NCBI RefSeq assembly: GCF_006345805.1
Contig: NW_021836132.1
Span: 1 to 64,000 of the forward strand
Reading direction: 5' to 3'
DNA length: 64,000 nucleotides
From: Octopus sinensis
Taxonomy: Eukaryota
Below, piece after piece: positions 1 to 15,369 of the stretch (the stretch's first letter is position 1; each line of letters starts with the position of its first letter). A program made the translations under genes and the position numbers. The notes under the pieces are model-generated. The model was not told where the DNA came from, did no database searches, and worked only from the letters and a program-made list of their open reading frames with translations.

Positions 1-129
1 TATTTCTGACCATCGTGGCATATTAATAACTGGACAGACTCCTAACGACTGACATAAAATAGGGTGTAAAAATATCTTATTTATTAAATCTTGAAAATAC
101 AAAATTCTAATATATATAATCAGTCCTTG

Positions 130-786
130 AGATGTATTCAATAAGCAAAGAGCAGGCGAATACTACTCTATTATTTGACATATTGCGGGTAGATCACGTG
201 TCTATTCCAGGTTATGAGTATGTCATTGACCACTAGGGAGAGCGTGATTAGTTTTTTTGAAAAATCCAAATTGTCCAAAAATTTGTTGGCCTTCATTTTG
301 GAGACTGCCGACAAAGACCAAGACGAGGGCGACTAATAAAGCGGAATTTGTGGTGCACACACATGGTAGTGCTCTTCATTCATGGATATTCTGTCGACCC
401 ATCGAATGCACTAATTATTCATAAATATGCCAATGAACTATTTTCGAATTCAATTGACTTATCCAACCATTCTTCTGTGAACAAAGAACAGGACACTTCT
501 AACAGTTTTATACTACACTTTTTTAAACATACTTTATTTTATAGAAATGAAACCTCTGGGTCAGTCTTCGGACGACAGCGTTTCCAATCGACCCTCCGGG
601 ATATCTTCACATATGTCCAGTTTGGGCGGGAAAGGCTGGAAGGAATACATGGAGGACTATTTTCGATCCCCAGAGGGTGTTGCCACAGACGAAAAACTCA
701 AAAAACTTTCAAAAATTTTAGCCCAAGTGGAGTTTGAAAGGATTTATTTGAGCAATAAACTAAAGAAATATAAACTGTTTGAGTAA
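130..786 (+). pseudogene. Degenerate EH-domain (Eps15/intersectin-like) gene fragment
   Basis: Manual translation gives ESVISFFEKSKLSKNLLAFILETADKDQDEG then, after a frameshift, KAEFVV..HMVV. This matches the EH/EF-hand pattern (S.L....L..IW.LAD.D.DG.L...EF..A.HL). Frameshifts and stops are present. Confidence 0.5.
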
Positions 787-1139
787 TTAGCATTTCTTGT
801 GTTCTAATACAGGAAGATAATGAGACGTAGAAATACTCGACATAGTCAGATTAGTGTAAAGTCAGAGTTTTAAGAACAGATCAAAAAACTTAGTAAATTA
901 ACTTGGAATCAACTGCGTTGAGCAAAAATAATTTCATAACCATTTTTTCTAGAAAATCAGAGAAATGAATTTATTAACGAATCCTGGTTTGTATTCTTTT
1001 AATGCACTAAATTAGAATTTCATGGTGGCTTAACATTTATGAAAATCATTTTATCATAACGAATTTTAGTAAATGATTGTTTACAGTTCGACTTGTTTTA
1101 ACAATCGCCGTTTTGTCCAGTATCATTAATTTTTTATTT

Positions 1140-3011
<1,872 letters not shown>

Positions 3012-3244
3012 TTTTTCCCTTTCTATTCTTTAAATAAATGGCTTCATTTTGTTTATTTTTAAAAATATAATTGTAAAGTTTACCGAAGATATGCGTGCGA
3101 TCATCTCGAGTGAATTTAATAGATGGAAATAATATTGTAAAGTTTATTTTTTAATTATAACGATCAAATGATTAAATTTTTGACATTGCGCTGACAAATG
3201 AATAATTAATACTGTATTAAGGAGAAAGGATTAACTAAAACCTT

Positions 3245-3700
3245 AGTTCAAATTTCTTACTTAAAGAGCTTTTTTACCTCAACTTGTCTCAGGCATTCTT
3301 AGGAGGTGATCCCGATCTTGATTTTGTCTATAAGCATGATTTTGATTTTCATTTTGTCGAGTACGAAGATGTTCGCTTTGTTATTCCCGATTTTCGTATT
3401 TTATTTATTGTTGTGTCAACACGAATCTCACATAGTTATTTGCATCACTGATTCAACAGAGTGAGTTGTTAGCCTTTTGGATTTCTTAATTCCATATTTT
3501 CTGCTTAAATGCAGATGTATACACTTCACTACCTTGTTGTGTCTCCTTAAGTAGTCACTATTTAGCATTCGACCATACCTCGTTGCTTAGTGATCAACTG
3601 TTTGCCTAGGTGAGTTACAGTGAGTACACAATAGATTACTTCATGTATGAAATATAGAACCCTTGCGGTTCTGGATGAGTTATTTTCTTGCGACAACCAA
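3245..3700 (-). mobile_element. C-terminal fragment of an REL-endonuclease (R2/NeSL-like) non-LTR retrotransposon
   Basis: Minus strand reads CTHCNSPRQTVDH*ATRYGRMLNSDYLRRHNKVVKCIHLHLSRKYGIKKSKRLTTHSVESVM, a CCHC finger plus RHN motif preceding the restriction-like endonuclease. Degenerate. Confidence 0.7.
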
Positions 3701-4089
3701 TTTGTTTTGCTTTGTGCTCATTTTCCAGTTGTTAACATGAAGCCCAATCTTGTTTTTATTTTAGTTTATTTTATTGAACCAGAAAACCAGAAAAGCCCAA
3801 TCTTGTTGAATCCAAGTAAAAAAACTAAATGTATTTGATTAAATTAACACAAATTTTATACTTCTTTGGATGGATATACTGTTAACCACTTTTTTGTTAA
3901 TCTAAATTTTTTAATGCTGCCAGGTTATTTAAAGTCAATTGAACCAAATTAGCATCGAAAATTTCTCAGTTCTGTAAAGAAACATCTCAATTGTATACAT
4001 AATTACAATCTCATGCATTAATTTGTTCATTAAAAATAATATTAATAGTATTAAAAAATCGAAGTATTTATTTTTCACCGCACATTCCT

Positions 4090-5330
4090 CGACTACGGAG
4101 TGATCAGTCCTCTATGAGACGAGAAGATTCCGGTCATTCTATTAAGAAATTTTGATATCGAAGGAATCACGTTTCTAGCGGCTATCTTAAACTACACGAT
4201 CAACAATAATGTAATTCTTTCACTATGAAAATAAGGCCGATACCGAAACCTGGAAGACTAAGAGACGATCCGGCATCTTTAAGGCCGGTTTCCCTGTTAT
4301 GCTTCTTGTCAAAAATGCTGGGAAGGATGGTTCTTGAAAGAATAGAAGAGTATTTACTCAAAAGGTCTATTCAACATGGATTCAAGAAGGCAAGGTTCAC
4401 GACTTCATACTTACAGTCATTGACGGAATTCATTTGTACCGGTTTTGCAAGCAAACTGAGACACCAAAAGACCGTGTTTTGCTCCTTAGACAAACCTTAG
4501 ACTCTGTCTCGAAAAAGCTCCTATCAAAAAGATATTCCAAGCTGAATTTTCCCGAAACCTAAACTATAGATCACCAATCTCCTAAATGGACGAAGGGGAA
4601 GGGTGTGCCTCGGAGGCCTGAAATCCAAGTCTCGACTCCTGGCCAACGGAGTACTCCAGGGATCCCCCTTATCCCCGGCCCTTTCAACCTTTTTCTGGAA
4701 GATCTCCCTCCCTAATAATGATGTTGTCCTTTCATATGCGGATTGGTCTCACAGGACATCCAGAAGGACTCTGAAAGGCTCCAGGTTAACGTGGATAGAC
4801 TCAACCTATGGCTAACTAACAACCGACTCGTGGTAAACGGGGCCAGGTCCTTTCACATCTTTTCATATCTGATTGGGAAGTGTTTCAGCCAACTTGAACA
4901 ATGTGTTCGCACCCTTCTACAGAAGTCAGACGGTTCTACGAATAACCTTCGAAATGCACCTCTGCTTCTCCCCCTTCTTCTTCGTAAATGTGAGAAAAAA
5001 TTGAACATTTTCAGAACCCTATCCGGTTTATGGAAAAACAGTTCCCACCAGGTATTGGCAAATACTTAACCATCAATACTTTGAACCGTCTATTTCATAC
5101 GCCTACGGATCGTGGGGTCCGCGGTTATCGTGGTCCAACAAGAGGCAAATGGAACAAAGGGCCCACAGATTAACCGAACATTGGTTGCACGATAACAATC
5201 CCCTCTGGAGGACCTGATCAAGCAGAACTTCAGTCTGTTTGCAAATGCCGATGCGATCTTGTGTGGGCTCGTTGAAAGATCACAGAGCGAGGTCCCTGGT
5301 TGAGTGCATCTGAATCACGTGACGTTTTTT
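4090..5330 (+). mobile_element. Degenerate LINE reverse transcriptase with 3' end
   Basis: PIPKPG..DPASLRPVSLLCFLSKMLGRMV, QHGFKK, GVLQGSPLSP and LSYAD motifs split over several frameshifted ORFs. Confidence 0.85.
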
Positions 5331-6201
5331 AGGTTTTTACCGTGGTCTTGGTGTTTTAATAATAATTAAATCTTAACTTACATTTTAAATATGAGAAACT
5401 AAAGTTAAGACAGTACTAAGATGCTCTCTTGGTTCCTTGAGTAACATTTCTTTTCAAGTTAAATCAAAGCTCACTCCAAGCATAAGTTAACAAAAAACTC
5501 ATTTCAAAAAAATCAAATTTCATTAGTTATTAGCAAACGAAATAATCAGAGAATTAGCACAATTTGTACCATACTTAGAGTCACAGTATACGCTTTTTCT
5601 TATAAGTATTTAATTTTTTTAATTACTGAATGATATAAGTAAAAAGATAGTTAAACTAATTAATGGCCTCACGAGACACCCGGCTAGCCTCGCGAATGGC
5701 GAAGCCGTTCCCTCGGATCACAGCAATCGACAGACGTTCCAGGAGCCAAGATGACTCGTCCTTGAAATCCATCGATGAAGCGAGCGAAGGAAGCGAAGTG
5801 TCTTTGGGCCGAAGACCCCGGAAGACTCCAAGGCGATTGGAGTAAAGAACAGCGAGTTGGAAAGGTGACCGTACTTGAGAATCTTTCGATCCTAGGCCTG
5901 CCTCGAAGCGACTCTCTGTATGATCGAGTTGAGTTCACTCAGACGGCAGGCGAGGGGCTGCAAACCGACTCAACAGTTTCCATAGCGGCATTAAACTAAA
6001 TATTAGTAAATTTGTACCGCTGGAGCTGCGGGAAAGGAGACTGACTCTTTCCTCAACGAGGTCGGGCAGTCCATCGGGAGGAGGCTCAAAGACACGAGAG
6101 AGGGCCTCTGGTTCCGCCAGCGCATCGGCCTGGCCATTGTTCGGGGCAACGCACACTGCGTTCTTGCCGCTGGGACTTAACGTTTTTCGTTGTCCTTTAT
6201 A

Positions 6202-7428
6202 CAGTCCGACCTCGATTTGGAACAGACCTCGGGGCTGGAACACCTCAGTTTTTGGAACACTTTGTAGGATCTCTGCCTAGAATAAATAATTCTGTTTTAA
6301 ATGAAAACCTCGATTTGGAACAAACACATTTGGAACATATTTTTAAAACATTGGATAGTAAAGTTCTCGACGTTTTTCAACAATTACGGCTCCAAAATAT
6401 TCAAAAAAATTGGTAATTTTACTTTTTCTCACATTGTTTTAAGGTTTGAAAATTGCGGGTAAATTGAACATTACAAGCTTTAAAGCATCGAATGGTTGGT
6501 TAATGAATTTTAAAAAAAGACATGAACTCAAATTCAAAATCCTTAGCGGCGAAAAAAACTCATGTAATCGTGATGGAATTCAATCATTTTTAAAAGTTTT
6601 CCATGAAAAAATTGATCAATTTGGAAAAAATAATATCTTTAACATTGATGAAACTTGTCTTTTTATAAAAAAGACCCCAAAAAATCATTCGTACAAAAAA
6701 TAAAAAAGCGTCAGGGTCTAAAATAAATAAAAAAAAATTTATTTGCTCTTTTGCTGCAGTTATTCAGGCCAAAAATTTGATCCTTTAATAATCGGGAAAT
6801 TTAAAAATCCCAGATGTTTCAGAAATTTTAACCCTGAGGATTATGGTGCTATGTACTCATCTTCCAAAAATGCCTGGATGACAAGAGATATTTTTATTCA
6901 ATGGCTATTCTTAGTGAATGAACGAATGAAAATGGAAAAAAAAATTTAATAATTCTTGATAACGCTTCGTGTCATGAAAATAAATCGCTCTCAAATATCG
7001 AATTGCTGTTTTTACCCAAAAATACAACTCCAATTCTTCAACCATTGGATAATGGGATAATCAAGTTGGAAAATACGGAAAGCAGCGATAATGAAGAAAT
7101 TTTTTACAGTGGTATGCAAAATAAACAGACTACGGTCAAAGAAGTAGTAGCAAAAGTGAATGAATTGGAAAAATCAGTTCTAGACATAGCTCCAATTTTG
7201 TTAAATGATTTTTACTGTTTCAGACAAAATTTGTTCAGTAGTTTGAAGAAAAACTATGGTTATGAAAAAGGATCGATGACTATTTTTCAATAAATAATAA
7301 TATTTAAGACTTTTTTGCATTAATTAAATTATTAAATTTATATTGATATTAATTTTTTGACAAAACCTCAGTTTTTGGAAAAACCTCAGTTTTTGGAACA
7401 CTTAGTGTTCCAATTCAAGGTCGGACTG
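6202..7428 (+). mobile_element. pogo/Tigger DNA transposon, degenerate transposase
   Basis: 23-bp imperfect TIRs (CAGTCCGACCTCGATTTGGAACA / TGTTCCAATTCAAGGTCGGACTG) flanked by TA at 6200-6201 and 7429-7430. CENP-B/DDE_1 motifs FKASNGWL..FKKRH, IFNIDET, KNAWMT, LDNASCH, FLPKNTTPILQPLD. Confidence 0.92.
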
Positions 7429-7622
7429 TATTGTTAATTAAAAAAAAAAGTAAATTTGTATAATTTATTTACATAAATGTACATTTAAATACACTTGATT
7501 ACACTTCTTGTCAAAATTACAATTTTATAGTTAATTAACATTAATCTTGATAAATTATTGAATTTTAAATAAGAAATTAAAAAATCAATTTTTTATTGCA
7601 TTAGGAGTTAATTGAGGGCCTT

Positions 7623-9290
7623 ATGTTTTTTTTAAATATTTTATTTTTTAATTTAATATTTTTATATTTTATGAATAAAAATTGTCACGTTTTTTTATTT
7701 GTTGTTGTGATGTTGGATTCTAAACGTTGTCGAAAAATTTCCGAGGAAAATAGGATTTTTCAACACATCTGGGAAGAAAAATATTTCATTATTGAGGTCA
7801 ATGGAAAGGCTCTTTGCCTAATATGCAATTCTATCATTGTAACTCTAAAAACGTATACAATCGAACGGCACTATCGTTCCCACTCTATTCTTTATGACAA
7901 ATTCACTGGTGTTTCTCTGACGAAAAAACTAAAACAAATGAAAGAAGAGTATTTAAAACGATCATCCACTTTCAAAAGTGGCACATATTCGTCTAATATT
8001 AACCTGGCATCATACAAAATTAGTTACCTATTGGCTAAAAATATGAAGCCTTATTCTGATGGCGAATTAATATAAAACGGCAATCGAAATATTTGCATCG
8101 GAATGTTGTTCGCCCGCTGTTTTCGATATTGCACACAAGTTACCTCTAAATAACGATACTGTTACTAGAAGAGTCAGCGATATATCAGATAATCTGATTA
8201 ACGAACTTTCACAGTATGGAATATAAGTCTATATCTACAGGTTTCCTAAGGGCTTGATTGTTCCAAAGATATTTCAGATATCGAACAATTAGTAGTGTTT
8301 GTACGGGGAGTAACATCTGACTTTCGAATATACGAAGAATTTTTTTCATTGTATTCACTTCACGGAGAAACTAAAGGAACACAGATTTTTTCTCCAATTG
8401 TGAAATTAATTGAAGATTATCAACTGGATCCAAGGAAATTAGTCTCAATTTCACCTTTATATGATTGGCAGTAAAACTGGTTTTCGTGGACTTATGAATA
8501 AATGGAGATGTGATAATAACTGGACTCCAGTATTATGGCATCATTGCATTATTCATCAGGAAAACCTAATTTCAAAAATATTAAAATGGAAAATGTCTCT
8601 GAAGTAGTGATAAAAATTGTCAATTGGATTCGGGCGAACCCTTTGAATCACCGAAAATTTAAAACATTTTTAACTGAAACCGATTCGGATTATGGCGATG
8701 TCCCTCTTTTTCAGTAGTAAGATGGTTAAGCCGTAGCTCTTGTCTCAAAAGGTTAATTTCTTTTATTTTTATATGTAGATTTTATCCACTTCTTCCTGAA
8801 ATTATTTTATTCACTTAAAATAAAGTGCACAATGCATTATTGAAAGATGTGTAGCAGATTTAGCATTTTATGTGGATCTATCGGTGCATCTGTCTGCCCT
8901 AAATGTCGAACTACAAGGGGAAAATAAACTAAATTATCAAATTTATGGATATTTCAATGCATTCGTTAAGAAATTAATTTTATGGAAAGCGCAGATAGCA
9001 AATAATGATTACACATATTTTCCTTATTTGTCAGAAAATTCCGAAAGTGGCTCAACTGATAAATATCTAAAAATAATTGAAGATTTAAGTTCGCAATTTG
9101 ATGCAAGATTTCAGGTTTTTAGTATTTAATTTAACCTGACAGAGCTTTAAAGAAGGTGCAAATTCAATGAGATTATTTGCATCTCCATTAATTATGAAAA
9201 GTGAGGAGGTTTCCGGCATTTACCAACTGGAATTGATTGATTTGCAAAATGATGTTGAACTGAAAAGTTTGTTCGATAGATTCAATCAAA
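7623..9290 (+). mobile_element. hAT transposase (GTF2IRD2/SPIN/Buster-like), degenerate
   Basis: KRCRKISEENRIFQHIWEEKYF..ALCLIC zinc finger, LDCSKDISDIEQLVVFVRGV, HPLNHRKF-type and VRWLSR motifs, ELIDLQND. Many stops and frameshifts; TIRs not found. Confidence 0.85.
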
Positions 9291-11105
9291 TCTATCCATT
9301 CAACCAATTCTGCATCAAGTTCAGGAAACTTAAGATTTGATACTTTTTTGAGGCTAGATTTTGTATCTTGCTATCTATGAGAAGAGAATCTTTTTTCAAA
9401 AGAATGTTAATTGTTTTTCGAGAAATTTTTTATTGAACAAAAAAGAAAATCTTTCGGCCAAATTCTGACAAGAAAATGAAGATTCTTTCTTTATAAGATA
9501 AAATTTCTATTTTCTGATTAAAATTCAGACGCGTATAATTATGAGACAAATTTTATTAATAAAATTAAAATTTATTAAAAAAATATTGAAACATAAAAGC
9601 CAATTTGAGAATTGGCTATTTTGCAGAGTTTTTTCAATTTTCCAGAGATAAATAGTTAAAAATGGCCAATTTGAGAGGGTTGAGTGTATTAACATTCTTT
9701 CTTATACTAATATTCATTCCTGTACTTAATTAAGCTCATTTCCATATTACATTCTTAATTAATCTTTCTCTATTCAAAACTATGTACTCGTGGTGTCTAT
9801 ATCTACAGGTTTCCTATAATGTGCAACTAATCACCTACAAAACCATTTATCCTGAGTAGCCAAAAAGGAGAGTTGGAAATGAGACGATCGACGGATTTAA
9901 ATACATGACTATTTAAATAAGTGATAATTAATGAAAATACTATTCTTCTAAAAGGGTGTGGATTAAACCGAATGAATCAACGTGGATCCCCAGGTGAAAC
10001 GTCTTTGGGGTCTATGGAAGAGCAGATCGCGCGTCTGCGAAGTCTTGAGCCATTTTGTTTCCCGTTTGTGGACTTTCTTGACGAAATGAGACGTGCCTGA
10101 TTGGAAGCTGAAGTCTATTCTGGGTTAAACAATTTGCGTGAGCTATTTGTTTGTATGTGTAGACTCATCGGTCAGGGGAGAAAGAATGAACTGTCAGTGA
10201 TTTTTTTATATTTTGTAGAGACGTGGGATTCTTTTTTTGTTCACTCTCTATTTGTTGTAATAAAAATAATATCCACATTATTTCCTCTGCAAACTGATAG
10301 GGACACTTGTGATTTGATACTTTTACACACCATTACACGCAACTTTTACTTGTGAAATTGGACAAGTGATATGAATTAAAATTTACATTTGTAACCGCGT
10401 TTTTTTTGCTACCATATATTAAATACAAAACAATACGTAGCCTGAAATGACACAACTATGCAATAATGGAATTGCCGCGATTGGAGATAGTGACTCCTCT
10501 AAGACTGATTTTATAATTGCACCATCCGTCCAATTGACTATGCCATTTTCAGTTCAATTTTGACAATGCGATATTCAATTTTGACACTTTTTGCATCAAT
10601 TTTAGTAACCATGAAACTGTAAAGCGAAGAAAAATGTGCTCCAAAACAATCGTTCTTGAATTGTCCAAAAAAATTCAGTAAATTTATATAAATAGTAACT
10701 GATTCTTAGTATAGGATTGAAACAATTCTAATTTTTTGAGATTTGTGCATCCTCGGTAGTGATGACATCTTTCTTTAAAACAATGAGTCGCAAAATTCCT
10801 CCTCTATTTAAACAAAATTTGTTTTATGTTTCAAAGTCACCAAAAAAATAAATGGGAACTTTTTCTCTTTATAACTTAGTGACTTCAGACCTCTTCCGAA
10901 TTTATTTCTTGAAATAAAAGTCATTTTAGCCGGGTAGAAGTGAATATGATTGACTCGTGATGTCTATATCTACACATTTCCTATAATATCCAGACTAATG
11001 AGCTACAAGACTCAAAAAAACATTTTCCGAAAATCCAACGGAAAGAAATTGTTAGTAAATATATCAATTAATGCCAGAAATATTAAAAAACAAAAAAATG
11101 CCAAT

Positions 11106-12139
11106 TTAAACACAAAAATTAGTACAAATCCAGGCATCGACAGTTTCCCTCAACTCAGCACTCGCATGCTGTGCTTGCTAAACTAAAAATAAGGAGAATA
11201 CATCAATGATATCAAACACACTGTCGACTGACAACCCTCCGTCCTTCAACTTCTTCATTGCGACCACATTTCCCTCCAAATCAAAGGCCAGGACGACACT
11301 CAAACATATTTTCCCCTCAAAACTACCTCCCGACTGAACACAACTCTTCCTCCACACACCCATCCAACACATGACTCTCCCCAATCTACAAAACACACAG
11401 AATACTCCACTTTGCACGTGGTCACCACTGTGGGACACTCCTTCACGTCCAGACGGGATCCCTCCCCCACCGGCTCCACCTCACCCTCCGCGGAAACTGA
11501 GACCAACGGGAGAATTGTGTCCGCCAAGGCTACTTTTATGGCCAGGGATGTGACGTCATATATATTCCCGCCAGATTCCAATAACTGAGGTGAGGTTAAC
11601 CACCGTGAATATAACCAAAATGTCAATATGGAGTAACCAGCATATTTTTGACGGAATTATGCAGAGGGAAGGATTATGGTGGTAATTCGAAAACGCGGAG
11701 TTAATGAAGCCCACGACTTCCGCTGACATTTGGCTGGAAAAATCATTATCGTTTTCGGAAAAGACATTTTTTGAACTAAATAAAATTTATATTATAATAT
11801 AATTATATTTAATTTAATTAATATTTTTTAAATTAAATAAATTACCATTCAAAATTAAATTCAATTCTCCCTGATGTGGGTGTCGATTGGTTTGGAGTAG
11901 AAAGCTCGCATTTTACCCCAACAATGACCTCAGTATTACCCTGAGTGATTACCACGATGGAAATACCTGTCTAACACGAGCTGATCCATTAGCATTGACA
12001 AGTATTCCACTCTCAATGCCTATTTCTCTTAAAGAACGGCAGTCTCTACCATCAATTCGCACATTGTTCTAAAAATTGGTATATTTTGATATACCTTTAT
12101 TCCTTCTAATATAAACTGCTTTTCTAAATAACTTAACAT
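11106..12139 (-). CDS. EXOSC7: Exosome complex component RRP42 (multi-exon)
   Basis: Spliced translation MLSYLEKQFILEGIK|NNVRIDGRDCRSLREIGIESG..NANGSARVRQ|GNTEVIVGVKCEL..LLESGGNIYDVTSLAIKVALADT..PTVVTTCK|IGESHVLD. RNase PH fold RRP42 motifs; introns include 12069-12094 (26 nt) and 11178-11201 (24 nt). Confidence 0.9.
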
Positions 12140-12225
12140 GTCCCACAACAGCAATTATTATTAATAATTTATTTAATAATAATATTAAAAAATAATAATA
12201 AAATAATTAATTATTTAAAAACAAA

Positions 12226-13144
12226 TCAATCAGACCAAACCCCCTCAGACTCATTATCAGAACAATTAATAGACACCCTTCTCTTTTCCAAAGCAGTGTT
12301 GAGAGCAGATATCATTCCACAGGCAGGCTGTACCCCCCTCTTATCCCCCACAGGATTGAGTTTAACCCCCCCAGCCCGAATAGCCTCCATTAACACACTC
12401 CTCTTGCCCTCCTCAGCCGGAGACTTGCCTTGGCCGTTTTTGTCGACTTTGGGAGGGTTTCGGCTGGTTTTTGATACTTTTATGCTCAATTCGGCCATCA
12501 ATCCTTCAAAGGAGACCTTTCGGGGAGATATAGGCGAGATATTCTCGTCTTTTTTGGCATTTTGGACTACCTGAGGGAAATCCTCGGGGATTTTCCGGTC
12601 AGAAAAAACCGCGTTTTTTTGTTCCACGGTCATTTCACGGTTTTTATTGCTCATAAATGTCCTCATAATCTAAAATATATTAAAACTAGTTAATATATAC
12701 ATAATTTATATCATCAGAATCTTCTAGATTACGAATTATTGATTTTCTGAGTGATATTTTGACAGAGGAGTCCAGAATTTGAAATTTCTGGGGCTTTTCG
12801 CACGTGTTGAGTGCTTCTTTTAAGGGTTCTGGAATTTTCTCGAACGGATTTGGCGGGCTTTTAAAATTGATGTTCATTTTAGTCCATTTAGGACTGAAAT
12901 TGTGGATTTTTTGTGTTAAATTTTGTTGTTTATTGCCAAGTGAGTTTGTGATGTTTGATATTTCAGTAATTTCGAGTGATATTTTAGTGAATATGTCACG
13001 AGAGCGTGAGGATAGGTCACTGATTTGTCTCATTAGGTTGACAAATGCACATCCCGTCATGAAATTGAATGAATTTTGGGCAGATTCGGGGACCTCAGGG
13101 TCATATAGCTGCGCATTCTTGATTGTATTTATGTTTAAAGGCAT
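12226..13144 (-). CDS. WASF: WAVE/SCAR-like actin nucleation-promoting factor, two exons, about 295 aa
   Basis: N-terminal MPLNINTI..FVNLMRQISDLSSRSRDIF resembles the WAVE homology domain. C-terminal RSVLMEAIRAGGVKLNPV (WH2), LNTALEKRRVSI (C) and SDNESEGVWSD (acidic plus Trp). In-frame 31-nt intron at 12670-12700. Confidence 0.75.
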
Positions 13145-13402
13145 GCCACACGTGAAATAATCAGAATATAAATAAATTTAAATATTTATAAAAACTAAAT
13201 TATTATTAAATTAAATATAAATGTATATTTAATATATAAAAATTTGAATAATTTTATTCTTTTTATATTAAAATCATTTTATATTATAATAAATTTTTAA
13301 TTTAAATTAATTATAAATATAGTTATATTAATTCGCGTAATAATTATAATAACATAAATAATAAAATATTAAATATATTCAAATATATTTGCTGTGGTGT
13401 AA
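13145..13402. promoter_or_regulatory. Probable bidirectional promoter between WAVE-like and MED17
   Basis: 258-bp, almost purely A/T interval between two divergent start codons. Function is inferred from position only. Confidence 0.45.
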
Positions 13403-15283
13403 ATGGATACCCCACCTATCAATCCTCATGTTAGTCTAGAAGTCTCGCTAGAATGTGACGTACAAGAAATACTGCCAGAAGGAGAGGAAATATATATTAA
13501 GTTAATTCAAAATATTATTTCCCAGACCATCCACATTCGCCGAAAAAGTAGGGACACAAAACATTCAAATAATCAACCAAAAAATTAAGGAAAACAACAA
13601 AACTATTCCAAACACAACTCATCTGTCCAGAATAAACCAAAATTTAAAGTAAAACACAAAATAAACTAATTTCAGACTCGCCTACCAAGAAGTTGTCGTC
13701 CTCGGCGATTTGCTCAAAATATCCTCCATAAAAAACGATAAATATATCACACTTCAAAAAAGTCATAATTTTCCCGCCAATACTTCAAATGGCGGCATAT
13801 CCTTTGATCTTCAAAGCAGAAAATTTGTATGAAAATGAATATCATTTTTAGGCTTTAAGTCGGGCATATAATGCCCTAATTGACGGTGCAGAAAAACTCG
13901 AGCGTGAAAGATTCGGCAAAGATCAAAGCAAGCGAAGTTGCCTTGATGTTAGCCGCGAAATTCTGAGGCTGAGGACCCTCTGGCATTTGAAAAGGACCCC
14001 CAGTGGGATTACAGGAGAATTAGACATTAATCCACAAGGTTATTTATTATTATATTAAATATAAAAAATATATTTAAATTAATTATTTTAAATAAATTGT
14101 TTAGTGTCAAATGATTCTTGTGGTGCCACTACATTTAGTTTAATCTGCGACGAAAACGGTGTGTTTACAGTGTCCCTTCCAGACGAACTAAAGTGGCCAT
14201 TATCCCTTAAACTCTCCTCCACAAAAACGTGTTTCAACATTGATCTTGTGGGTGATTATACAACAAGAACAAACCCTGCTTCAATAATCCTCCAAAGAGC
14301 TCAGAATACTATAATTGTTCAAAAACTATTCCAAACTGTATTTTTGACTATTCAAATATACTAGTTGTGTCTGGAACATGTTGTTTGTGATACTGCAAGA
14401 GTGTTTGGAGATCGGATTGTACTCGATATGGCTAATCTAGTATATTCATTACCAGTAGTTGATTCTCTGTAGTCTGTGTTGGACAGTCCTCTATTTACTG
14501 CTACATTTGAATACATACTTTATTACATATATGTGACCCATATGACAAGTATTGTTTAATATTTTATTATTAATTAATTAAATAATATTTTAATTAGAAT
14601 TTAAATCAAAAATTAATCTTTTGAATAAAGTGATTATTCTTTTAAAGAACTGCAATTTGAGACATTGGTTTGACTGATTTGTTATTTCAGCCTAATTGAG
14701 TGTCTAAAGTCCACAAAATTGACTGATGGAGTCAAAACAAAGGCTGTGGAGGACTCCTCTCAGTCCTTTGACTTCATTCGAATGCAGATTGTCATGAAAT
14801 TGGCCAATGTCCCATTCCAGTGAGAATTTGTGGGGATTTTGTGGTAGAAACAAGTTTTTTGTCAAGATTTGTGAAGGGAAAATACGAGTAGTCACCAGCA
14901 GGCATAAAATGGTGGATAATTTGACTCAAATTGGCCATATTTTGCACAGAGAAGTAATTTTTTGTTGATTTTTGTAGGCAATGTTATTCAAGTGTGATAT
15001 TGTTGCATTATTTGCTGCCAAATTTGGATTTATTGAATGCAGTCCACGTGTGTTAGAAAATTGGTCAGGTGAGACAATTTCAAAGGACGAGGCTGTATGT
15101 GTATTCCATAGGAAATTAGTGTAGTGTGTGATTAAGGAGTGTAGGTGTGTGGTGGTGGTTGTGTCCCCCAACGAGGATGTCCGTGTGTTGAGGACAAGGT
15201 GGCCTTTGGTTGAGAAAAATGTGCCCGAATTGTCAGCACGTGACTTTGTGTCCACATTGGAAGCTGTCTTTTATTTGGAATGA
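13403..15283 (+). CDS. MED17: Mediator subunit 17 (multi-exon; 3' exon boundaries approximate)
   Basis: VSLEVSLECDVQEILPEGEEIYI, NLKLAYQEVVVLGDLLKI..DKYITL, DVSREILRLRTLWHLKR..ITGELD and LQRAQNTIIVQKLF match remembered MED17 blocks. Introns 13501-13525 (25 nt) and 13649-13675 (27 nt) keep the frame. Further GT-AG micro-introns allow an open reading to TGA at 15281-15283. Confidence 0.75.
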
Positions 15284-15369
15284 TATATATTGATCTGTAG
15301 AGTTGTTAAATTGGATTAATTAATAGTATAAGTATATATGTAGACAATGCGGACTAATTAGGAAGCCAA

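Noticed and set aside
5663-6200. GC-rich overlapping ORFs on both strands
   Set aside because: No convincing domain motif; probably a retroelement remnant, but the family could not be supported.
10400-10900. Possible Merlin/ISXO2-like transposase remnant on the minus strand
   Set aside because: Only a vague Cys/DGW pattern; too degraded to call.
14704-15255. Minus-strand ORFs 14704-14895 and 14926-15255 as separate genes
   Set aside because: The plus strand has GT-AG micro-introns and an open frame continuing MED17; these are antisense shadows.
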